NCBI GenBank assembly: GCA_951406725.2
Contig: OX597814.1
Coordinates: forward strand, 35,154,001 to 35,218,000
Origin: Octopus vulgaris
Lineage: Eukaryota
DNA length: 64,000 nucleotides
Reading direction: 5' to 3'
Shown in pieces: positions 12,795 through 23,090 of the stretch (position 1 is the stretch's first letter; each line of letters starts with the position of its first letter). Below the pieces are notes generated by a model. The model was not told the origin of the DNA and made no database searches. It saw nothing but the letters and a program-made list of their open reading frames with translations. Both the position numbers and the translations under genes were made by a program.

Positions 12795-15700
12795 GTTTAT
12801 TTTATTTGCCCAGATGGGCCCAACAAAGAGGGGACAAGCAAGGACAGACGATACATACAAAGGAAAAAGGTAGGGTATGGGGTTGGTGAGTCATGTCGGA
12901 TGGTTTACAATGGTATGGATTTTAAAGATTTAGACATGATTAAAAAGGTTTTGTGTGATGTCAAGACATCCAGTCGACGCCCAACATGATAGCTTTTGTT
13001 TTCCGCTGACTTCACCTACGTGGTTCCAGTCACGTATAGCATCCTTTCTACAGACTTCCATCTTCTTGTGTGCATATTATGCGACAGGTAGCTCTTCTCA
13101 AGTGTGATTTTGCTCTTCAGGTGGTAGCTTAAAAAGCTAACCAACCCTTGGCCGTAGATGAAGGTACATGTCGTGATCCCTCCTGCACGCATCTTCCATA
13201 CCCTCTCTTTCAGTAAAAGGAGGGAGGTGGCACAATCTTTATGATAGACTCAGCTGATAGCTGTACTCTTCCCATTGTCGACAACAGTTGTGCAGCAAAG
13301 GTTATAAGTCCCGTTAATTTCGTACACTGTACGAAGGCGTCTTGGACAGTTTTACTGCCCTGTCAGCACCTCGGGCATGTCGGTGGGACGGCCTGACCGT
13401 GCCTCGATAAACTCCCTCGAACGGGTAACGCTGATCGATATCATAACTAGGCCAGGGATTTCTGGTAATCACCCAGATAACCAGGTCTAAAAGTTCTCCT
13501 AAACAGGTTGGTCAACTGACTTCCATCGACGCCCAGAGTCTCTCTCAGGATATCATCTAACATAAACTCTTCCATCCCGCTTTAGAAATCCGCTGTGGAA
13601 CTCTTGCCGCCAGTATTGCCCACCCGCGAGAGCAGCTTCAGTGCCTGTCGACACTAGCTGCCACTCGCCCTGCCTAGGTCTACGCTTGATCCATGGACCA
13701 ATATTCCGTAGGGATGTTAATTGAGAGAAGAAAAACCTCACGTGCGGTGACCACACCTACTCACCATCCAGGTAGAGTCAGAGGTGTGTAAGTCGTAACG
13801 CGAACTTGCGCATCCCTAGCCTACCCTTTAACGATTTTTGGCAGCAGACAGAGCGCCTTATAAGTGGTCCTCTTACCTTCCACAAAAAGTGGAATATGAG
13901 TCGTTCCAGCTTGTTCAGCCACAAATCGGAGAAAGGCATGACAATCAGGTGGTAGGTGGTAACAGATGCTACAAACACCTGTGCCATTTCCGGACTTCCT
14001 AGCATGGATAACACCCTTACAGACTAGGTCCGGAGGGTAGTCACCCTGCCTGTAACCTCGCTCCAATTCTTCTCTATTTGGAGGTATGGACCGAACCAGA
14101 CCCCTAGCATCTTAATCGGACCTTCTGTCCAACGTCCCACGATGTGATTGGGCGGCATCGACTTGTCCCCGCCGAGTTGCAAGCCGACCGACTTGCCCTG
14201 ATTAATTACTGCTCCTGCCACCGCTTCGTATCCTTTGATAGCGTATTCTATAGCTGCCCTTCATCGGACACGATAATAGTGATATCATCCACGTACGCAG
14301 TAGCTGTTCTTCCACCCCATAGATCATGCGAAACGTCCTACCAACTCCACCCTTCACAGTAATGGCTCAAGAGCCAGCACATACTAAAGTGGAGACAAGG
14401 GACATCCCTAGCGAACTGAGTGCTCAATATTGAACGGTTTCTTCTCGAAACCGTTCACCCGGACGACAGACTTGGTGTTGCTCTACAAAGCAGCGATCCA
14501 GCCACGGAAAGTCAGGTGTAGTCCGGCCGCCGCCTCAAAAACGGCCGCCAGATTCCAATGGTCGACACTCTCAAACCCTTTAGACTTGTCTAAATGCACC
14601 AGTGACCCACCTTTGGCAGAGATTTTACCCATCCTCTCTAAAGAATAGTGTATGAGGTGGAGATTGTCGTGTATCAACCTGCCTTGAATAGTGCAAGTTT
14701 GCGTTTTCCCAACAAGGTTTCCCACGATCCGCACCAACCTCTTTGGTAGCACCTTGGCCAAAATCTTTAACTCTGTCTTTAGCAGTTATGGGCCTAAATT
14801 TACTTACGATATTCCCCGTCCTCGGGTCCTTTCTTATCAGCGTCACCCCCACCCACGACACGCAGCTTTGGGAATTCTCCCATTCTGCTGCCAGTTGGCA
14901 TAGACGCTGGCCAGTAGGTGCCCGAACAAGTCTGTCATGCCGTTATAAACCTCATAGGGTAGACCATCAAGTCCCAGCGATTTGTCCCCGGAGCACTCGG
15001 AGAATACCTCGACAACCTCCGCAGTCGTGATTAGTCCTTCACAGATCTCAACCTCTCGTGCTGAGAGACGCGGGTCACCAGCCAAGAAATCCCGAAGGGC
15101 CTTACTATGGTCCATCGCACTGATCCTCTCGAACAACTCGGCAAAGTGCTTGTAAAAAACCTCACACATCTTATCTTGTCCTTCGATCGAACGCCCATCT
15201 TCCTCGAACAAAGACCTAATCGTAGCATCATTGCTACGTTGGGTTTGTACCGCGCACGCCCACCCGACAACATTAATTCCATCGCGGCCCAATGTACAAA
15301 CTTTAGCCCGAACTCTGCATCCCTCAGGTTTGGCTTTGAGGTGACGGTCTAAAGCCGTTCTCGCGGCCAAAATTTGGGAAGCAGAGCCCAATCTTAACAC
15401 CTCATCTAAGGCTTTGACTAAGTTCCTTTCTACTCTAGCCCTATCTAAACTTAGCTGCTGGCTAAATCTGATAGACTCAAATTGGATGGCTCATTTTAGG
15501 GCAAACCACCGCCTGTAATTTAACACGACACCGGTTAATGCCCTCTTCACTAACTCCTTAATCCGGCTACGGTATGCCTCGCAAGCCAAAATAGACTTGT
15601 TTAGCTTCCTGTAGCCAGATCCTTGTCTATGTGCACACGTCACTAATTTGTGATCCGTGTAAGAGACCTGAACAAATTTTGGACAACTAAAACTAGCCTT

Positions 15701-16165
15701 ATCTCTAGTTAGTAACACTATCCTATCTATATAAGACTTGAGCGCCCCGTCGCCACTCATCCAGGTCCACACTGGGACGTTCGGGTGATCAAGTCTATAA
15801 CGATCTGCCAGCTGGAAGCGCTTAAGCAGATCGGTGAGGCGTGAGTTAACACTCCTACTAATCGAGCCACCGTTATCCAGACGTGCATCCAGGATAGCAT
15901 TGTAGTCTCCTATCACAACTAATGTCTTGGACGTCACGAGAAAACCCTCGAAAACACCAGGTGCATAAATTCCCACCTACCTGAAAGCTTTATTGCTGTA
16001 TGTCGAATCAAGAACGACCAGTCCACCTTCAGAATCTATTAAGATTGTACTTGTCTGCAGAGTCAAGACTTTTCGGAGCAGAACTACTACGCCTCCTCGA
16101 TCTCCGGTCTGGCTAGGGGACATGATTTTCTCATAGCCATTCAAGAGAGTCAAGAAGGCTTGTAG
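12795..16165 (-). mobile_element. Tx1 (L1-group) LINE, ORF2 (APE endonuclease and RT) with many disruptions; 5'-truncated, 3' end retained
   Basis: APE: RGGVVVLL, VIGDYNA, WTW..SYIDRI, TDHKLV, GSGYRKLN; RT: KSLGLDGLPYEVY, FRPIT, GRLIHDNL, LDKSKGFESVDH, GCPLSP, AYVDD, INQGKS, KMLGVWF; C-terminus YHLKSKI..RRW; A-rich end near 12795. Confidence 0.88.
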
Positions 16166-16175
16166 CTTTTATTTT

Positions 16176-17244
16176 TGTAGGTAATACTCCAAAATAGCTT
16201 CAAATCCCTCTACAGTTGTGGGAGGAACACAAATGTGTAATTCAAAAGAAAACTTTTCTCTCGTAAGAGAAATGCAACAATAAATAGTTCAAATCCTTTC
16301 TCTGTCTGGGGAAGGAACACAGTTCAATAAAGATTGTTCAAAACAAGCCATAATTCATATCTATCGTAAATATTATAATCCCCCCACTCCACTCCGTATG
16401 GGGAAGGAATACAAGTTAGAAAACAACACCTGCCAAGGAAGCTACAGTTAAACAAGGTAAACAATTCAAACAACACTTCAACAATACCTTTGAAATGGAA
16501 AATCAACAAAACACAACTTCTCGTTCTAATGAAGTTGCCGCTCGCACAACACTATTCGCCTTTCACCGACCGACACTACTGACTGTGTCAGTTCACTATT
16601 TATTCGTAGTAAAGGCGGCGAGCTGGCAGAAACGTTAGCACGCCGGGCAAATGCTTACAGGTTTTTCGTCTGCCGTTACGTTCTGAGTTCAAATTCCACC
16701 GAGGTCGACTTTCCCTTTCATCTTTTCGGGGTCGATAACTTAAGTACCAGTTATGCACTGGTGTCGATATAATCGACTTAATCTATTCGTCTGTCCTTGT
16801 TTGTCCCCTCTACGTTTAGCCCTTTGTGGGTAGTAAAGAAATAGGTATTTCGTCTGTCATTACGTTCTGAGTTCAAATTCCGCCGAGGTTGACTTTGCCT
16901 TTCATCCTTTCGGTGTCGATTAAATAAGTACCAGTTACGCACTGGGGTCGATGTAATCGACTTAATCCGTCTGTCTATCCTTGTTTGTCTTGTTTGTGTT
17001 TAGCCCCCTGTGGGTAGTAAAGAAATAGGTATTTTGTCTGTCATTATGTTCCGAGTTCAAATTCCGCCGAGGTTGACTTTGCCTTCCATTCATTCATGGT
17101 CGATAAACTAAGTAGAAGTTGCGTACTGGGGTCAATCTAATACAGTGGCCCTCCACAAAAATTTCGGGCCTTGTGCCTAGAGTAGAAAAAAAATATTCGT
17201 AGTGGACTAACTCAGATCTCGCCCGGGGGGCGTCAGCCGCAACA
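16176..17244 (-). mobile_element. Possible solo LTR (about 480 bp excluding the inserted SINE array)
   Basis: TG...CA ends (tgttgcgg...cctaca on minus) and an ataaata/cagtcagt promoter-like layout; TSD unconvincing. Confidence 0.3.
16611..17193 (+). mobile_element. Trimeric SINE family A array with 10-bp TSD
   Basis: One head (ggcggcgagctggcagaaacgttagc), three B-box/core units, tails A, A and B; TSD tattcgtagt at 16601-16610 and 17194-17203. Confidence 0.9.
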
Positions 17245-17647
17245 ATATATATGTGTGTGTGTATGTGTGTATGTATACATACAAGATTTAATACTATATT
17301 TCTAATAGTGCAACTTTGTGTTTCGTATATTTGTTTTATTTGGAAGGAAACAGTAACTTCCTCTAGTCATGCCTTTCGCAAAATATTGGCAGCTTATGAA
17401 AAATATATTCGATTTCAGTGGAAATTTTAAATTATACAGTTGTTTATTTTTCTTTACATGTCTACGTCTCCCCCCTCTCTCCCTCTCCTTCTCTCTCTAT
17501 ATATATATATCATTATTATATTTCTCCAGAAAATATATGAATAATATATAGGTGAATAATATATCAACTGAAAATAAAATCCATTTTAAGATATAAGTTA
17601 ATCTAATTGGTAAGAATATTTGTGAAACTTATCCCTGGAAGGAATAC

Positions 17648-17695
<48 letters not shown>

Positions 17696-18309
17696 GTATA
17701 TATTTCATTTTCCAGAAGAAGTCTCAAAGTATGGAAATATCACCTGTGAGAGATATACGTTGAAAAATTGATAGAATATAAAATTAACTTCAAAATATTG
17801 AAAGCAATATAAAGAAATGAAAAGAAAAATGGCATTCAGGAGAAAAGAAAAAATTAAAATTTTCCATATTGATTTCTAAAGAGAATAGATTCATTTTCGT
17901 TTTGCTTGTAGGACCGTCCGCACCTAAGCAAAAACCTATGCATATTATGACCGGGTTAGAATTGTATATAACACTAAGGTGAATTTAGAAATTAGAAATT
18001 AGAAAGAAAAAGGCGAAAAAAAGCTTACAAATCTGTGAGAGATTATCGAAACTACTTCTATAAGTTAAGTGCATGCATACGTTTTAACACGCGCGCACAC
18101 ACATGTTTACGCATATACATGATCGTATAAATATACAAGCAGATACGTATGAATATAATCGGTCAACAACGTATAAATACGCGCATATTACGTAAATTTA
18201 TAGATACACACACATATATATTTGTATAAAAGTATATATATATATATATAATTTAAAGATAGGATGAAATCTTCATAAGAATTTATCGAGTAGTCAGCGT
18301 GAAAAACCT

Positions 18310-18313
<4 letters not shown>

Positions 18314-18348
<35 letters not shown>

Positions 18349-18351
18349 ATG

Positions 18352-18394
<43 letters not shown>

Positions 18395-18418
18395 ATGTAT
18401 GTATATATATATATATAT

Positions 18419-18465
<47 letters not shown>

Positions 18466-18518
18466 ATGTATGTATATATATGTATATATATATATATATA
18501 TATGTGTATGTATGTATA

Positions 18519-18549
<31 letters not shown>

Positions 18550-18567
18550 TGTGTATGTATGTATATA

Positions 18568-18608
<41 letters not shown>

Positions 18609-18611
18609 ATG

Positions 18612-18642
<31 letters not shown>
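18314..18642. repeat. Compound (TA)n/(TATG)n microsatellite
   Basis: Directly visible; source of the spurious YI/CVY ORFs. Confidence 0.95.
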
Positions 18643-18648
<6 letters not shown>

Positions 18649-18819
18649 CCACTTATATTTGAACACTATACAAATATTCCTTTAAAAAAAAATTTTCTTT
18701 TAATTTTTCTAAATTTAATTATTTAATCGTTACAGTTGAAAAGTTCTCAAAATGACCGAAACCGGTACTGAAATGCTCTTTATAAAATTATTTTAGCATT
18801 TTCTATCTTGACTTGTTTT

Positions 18820-18823
<4 letters not shown>
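18643..18823 (+). mobile_element. Solo PLE pseudo-LTR / 3' fragment (same family as 11688-11871) within (TA)n
   Basis: agaatgccactta...cgttacagttgaaaag...cttgttttttcatatat is near-identical to the 3' end of the element at 8901-11871. Confidence 0.9.
18730..18773 (+). ncRNA. Second copy of the U3-A8 minimal hammerhead (one helix II mismatch)
   Basis: ttacag-UUGAAAA-gttc-tcaaaat-gacc-GAAA-ccgg-UA-ctgaaa. Confidence 0.72.
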
Positions 18824-18909
<86 letters not shown>

Positions 18910-19890
18910 ATATTTATGTGTGTGTGAGTATTTGTATGTGTTGTTCGTATTTACATATGCACACAGTCACTTGATATTTAAACCTCAAGTCGAGTATTCT
19001 AAATTTAGTATTTCTTTTTTTTTTATACTATACACAACCAATTTGTTTCCGCTCGCCTAAAAAGAAACGCTGTTTTTCTTTCGCTGTCACAGAATCTACT
19101 AAAACCTCTCTGAAAAGATTGTGCAAATAGACATTTTATTTGAATGTCGTATGTTCACGATTTTATTCAAATGTGTTTATCAGTAAGAGAATAGATTATC
19201 TTTGGCCGAGTATTTAACCTGTCATAATTCACATAATGGAGATTGAAATTAATGTACTAATTGATGGATTACAAGTTGAACAATTTGGTCATCTCTGTGG
19301 AAAAACAGATAATTTTGCTTCTTGAGAGAAATAGATAAATCAAGTACTGACTCAATCTTAACAAGATTCAGTTTATCTTCTGTTATCTTCTATAATAACC
19401 TCGTATTGTCTTTTATTGAATATTTGCAAAATAATTAATTACTATTTAGAAATCTTAGCATGTGTTGTGCACATGTGTTGTGTGTTTCAGTATATGATGA
19501 TTTATTGACATATGTATTAGAATTTATATGCCCCTATTTAACATTATATACACACACACACATAGCTATATAGGTATATAATTGTGTATGTATGTGTATA
19601 TGTATATATGTGTGCATGCATGTGTGCGTATGTCTCTGTGTGTATGCAGGTATATTGAAAGGAAAAATTGAAAATGCACTTGGAGGCTTTAAAAAACTTT
19701 GTTTACATTTACTTAAGCAGTTTCACAATTTCGCGATATTCAAAATTGTTGTCAGAGAGGAGGATATGGAGTTATTCTGTATTTATCTTGGAAAGCGGTT
19801 AAGTAAATGTAAATAAATCTTTCTAAAGACTACAAGTGCATCCTGAACCTTACTTTATACTGCAATGTGTGTGAAAAAAGAGTATATTCC

Positions 19891-19922
<32 letters not shown>

Positions 19923-20121
19923 TGTATGTATGTATGTATTTATGTGTGTATGTATGAGTGTGTGTGTATGTATGTATGTATGTATGCATGTATGTGTGTA
20001 TGTATATGTATATATATGAATATTAAAACACAATCATGTATATTGTAGTGATACACACACATATATATGTATGAATGTATCTCTGTATGTATACATATAT
20101 ATATATATATATATATATATG

Positions 20122-20231
20122 ATTTACAAGATAAATTATAATGCCAAATATGCCGAAAAATGACAAAACTTTTGTCTTTTTTTCTGCATATTTGGCATTA
20201 GAATTTTTCTTTTGCCCTTATTTTGTAAATT
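20122..20231. repeat. Imperfect palindrome (about 110 bp) next to (TA)n
   Basis: atttacaa..taatgccaaatatgc..gacaaaa-c-ttttgtc..gcatatttggcatta..ttgtaaat. Confidence 0.75.
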
Positions 20232-20867
20232 ATTTATAAATTTAACTTTTAAAGGTACTTTTTGATATGCTGGCCATTGATAAAATTTTTTTCCCGAAAA
20301 AAATGTTATCCTACATTGAGTTATATATATATGTCATTTAGAGATAGAAGTCCGCATGCAATTCATCAAATTTTAATATACATCACACCATATCATAGAA
20401 TATTATTTTAATACTATTTCAGTTTCAAATTTCTCTTCTACACGTATTTCGTGAGATGCATTTAACGTTCTCGAGACCTTCAGTCCTTTTCAGAAACATG
20501 CCTTAACTGCAACCCAATCATCATGAGACAACGGAATTTTTATTTCCTAATAAATAACAGTATATATATATATAAACTATGGACACATGAAAGGTGCAGC
20601 AATATCAAAGGAAGATTAACCAGGGAAATAGTTTTTACATGTGGCAGATGCACAGGGGCGATAAATACCCCCAATCGGGAGAAACTAGAAGTTGTTAATA
20701 GGTTCCGCTACCAAGCCGACCAAGTCTGTAGTGGTGGTGGTTGCTCTGAGAGTGTAGCGACTAGAGTAAGAATAGCCTGGGCAAAGTTTAGGGAGCTCCT
20801 ACCTCAGCTGGCAACTAAGTGTCTCTCACTCAGGATGAATAGTAGGCTATATGATGCATATGATGCA

Positions 20868-21092
20868 AGGCGGCGAACTGGCAGAAACGTTAGCATGCCG
20901 GGCGAAATGCGGAGCCGTATTTCGTCTGCCGTTACGTTCAAATTCCGCCGAGGTCGACTTTGCCTTTCATCCTTTCGGGGTCGATAAATTAAGTACCAGT
21001 TACGCACTGGAGTCGATGTAATCGACTTAATCCCTTTGTCTGTCCTTGTTTGTCCTCTCTGTGTTTAGCCCCTTGTGGGTAGTAAAGAAATA
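20868..21092 (+). mobile_element. SINE family A monomer inserted in the RTE fragment
   Basis: Full head, core and tail A; duplicated tatatgatgcata at 20848-20860 and 21093-21105. Confidence 0.9.
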
Positions 21093-21573
21093 TATATGAT
21101 GCATATATGTGAACTGCCATCCTACACGGCAGTGAAACATGGGCCATGAATGCTGAGGACATGTGTAGGCTGGAAAGAAATGAAGCTAGTATGATCCTCT
21201 GGATGTGTAATATCAGTGTGCATACACGAGAGATTGTAAGCGCCCTGAGAGAAAAGTTGGGCATAAGAATCGTCAATGAAGTGTGCAAGAGAGACGACTG
21301 CGCTGGTATGGTCATGTGTTACGTGTGGATGAGGACAGCTGCGTGAGGAAATGACACTCCCTAACTATGGAAGGAACCTGTGGAAGAGGTAGACTCAGGA
21401 AGACATAAGATGTAGCAGTGAAGCATGACCTTTGAACATTGGACTTCACAGAAATAATAACAGGAGACCGAAACCTTTGAAGATATGCTGTGATTGAGAA
21501 GACCCGGCAAATAAAGTGAGATCGCAGCCGTGAAGACCTGTTGAGTCAAGTAAAACCAATATCGTAGCTTTGG

Positions 21574-21810
21574 CCAGTGCCCCCTGACTGACTCCCGTGC
21601 CAGTGGTACATAAAAAGCACCATCCAAACGTGACCGATTCCATGTCCGCCCGACTGACTCTCGTGCCTGTGGCACGAGAAAAGCGCTATCCGAACGTGGC
21701 TGATGCCAGTACCCCCTGACCACCCCCCGTGCCGGTGGTGCGTAAAAAGTACTATCCGAACGTGATCGATGCCATGCCCGTCTGACTGACTTCTGTGCCG
21801 GTGGCAACGT
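21574..21810 (+). repeat. 66-bp tandem repeat (about 3.6 units) in the RTE 3' UTR
   Basis: Units start near 21574, 21640, 21706 and 21772; consensus cca..ccc.ctgactgactcccgtgccggtggcacgtaaaaagcactatccgaacgtg..cgat. Confidence 0.85.
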
Positions 21811-22394
21811 TTCACTAATATTGGACAAAGGCTTTATTTGGGCACTGAAAATATTCAACTACAATACATATTTTAATTTTAGCACCTATGCTAATAATTA
21901 TTTTTGTCGAATCGCTTAGTTACGTAGCAATCCTCACCAATTTCTTGAAGTAAATGAGGTTTTACCTACGTCAACCCCAATGTTTTGAAAAAGGGTCGTT
22001 TTAATCGTAAATGTTTCCTCTTTTAGATATTTATATGGATAAATGCCTCCATGTTAATTTTTTATAGAAATTACCAAATAACGCACCTCATTTGCTACAT
22101 TTCTGCTCACTCTAATCTCAACTAAGATAATTAAAAAAAGCTCAAAATATAAGTACCAAAAATATAATATCTTTTGTCAGAAAAATCGCAACCTTCTGTA
22201 TTGCTAGCACCCCTTATAAAATCACTTTGATATTTGCTGCCATGGTGTGAGCTCCCAACGCCCACAAGTGTGATATGCTGTCCAGATTATGAATCACTCT
22301 TTTAAACTTAAACATTGTAATATCTTTGGCTGCAAGAGGTAATATTGTTTAGTTTATACATTAAGAGAAATCAAATATGCACACATACACGTTC

Positions 22395-22751
22395 ACATAC
22401 ATACATACATACATACATACATACATACATACATACATACATACATACATACATACATACATACATACATACATACATACATACATACATACATACATAC
22501 ATACATGCATGCATGCATAGGTTTATCAAAGCCAGAAAGGAGAAGGCTAATTCAAAAACTACAGATTTAGTCCAACACTTGAACTGTAGAAATCTGTAAA
22601 AGTTTCCAGAAGTTTATCATTTAAATATATTTGTACATCTCTAGATATGCAACTATATGCATGAGCATACATACATAAAACAATATAGACATATCTGCAC
22701 ATATTTATACATACATGCGTACATACTTTTATACATACATATATATATGTA

Positions 22752-22805
<54 letters not shown>

Positions 22806-22891
22806 TGTATGTATGTATGTATGTATGTATGTATGTATGTATGTATGTATGTATGTATGTATGTATGTATGTATGTATGTATGTATATGTA

Positions 22892-22958
<67 letters not shown>

Positions 22959-23053
22959 GTATGTATATATGTATGTATGTATGTATATATGTATGTATGC
23001 ATATATATATATATATATATGTACATGCGTACATACTTTTATACATACATATA

Positions 23054-23086
<33 letters not shown>

Positions 23087-23090
23087 GGAT
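22395..23090. repeat. (ATAC)n and (TATG)n/(TA)n microsatellite blocks
   Basis: Directly visible at 22395-22505 and 22740-23090. Confidence 0.95.

Larger units (their letters stand above)
20573..21810 (+). mobile_element. RTE-clade LINE 3' fragment with 3' UTR, interrupted by a SINE
   Basis: WTHERCS..FTCGRC, EKLEVV..FRY..D...GGGC..SV..RVRIAWAKFREL, LHGSETW, RLERNEASM, RLRWYGHV.R, RGRLRKT. Confidence 0.85.

Noticed and set aside
18188-18726. Long ORFs of YI/YT/CV/YVCM/LSIY repeats here and at 22345-23145, 47422-48495 and 61773-62198
   Set aside because: Translations of stop-free microsatellites, not genes
20436-20497. Minus-strand CUGAAAA...GAAA-uacgug-UA motif
   Set aside because: C3/A8 mismatch, irregular helix II and weak helix I
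21574-21810. CRISPR-like array (also considered for the SINE multimers)
   Set aside because: Whole units repeat with no unique spacers, no cas genes, eukaryotic retroelement context
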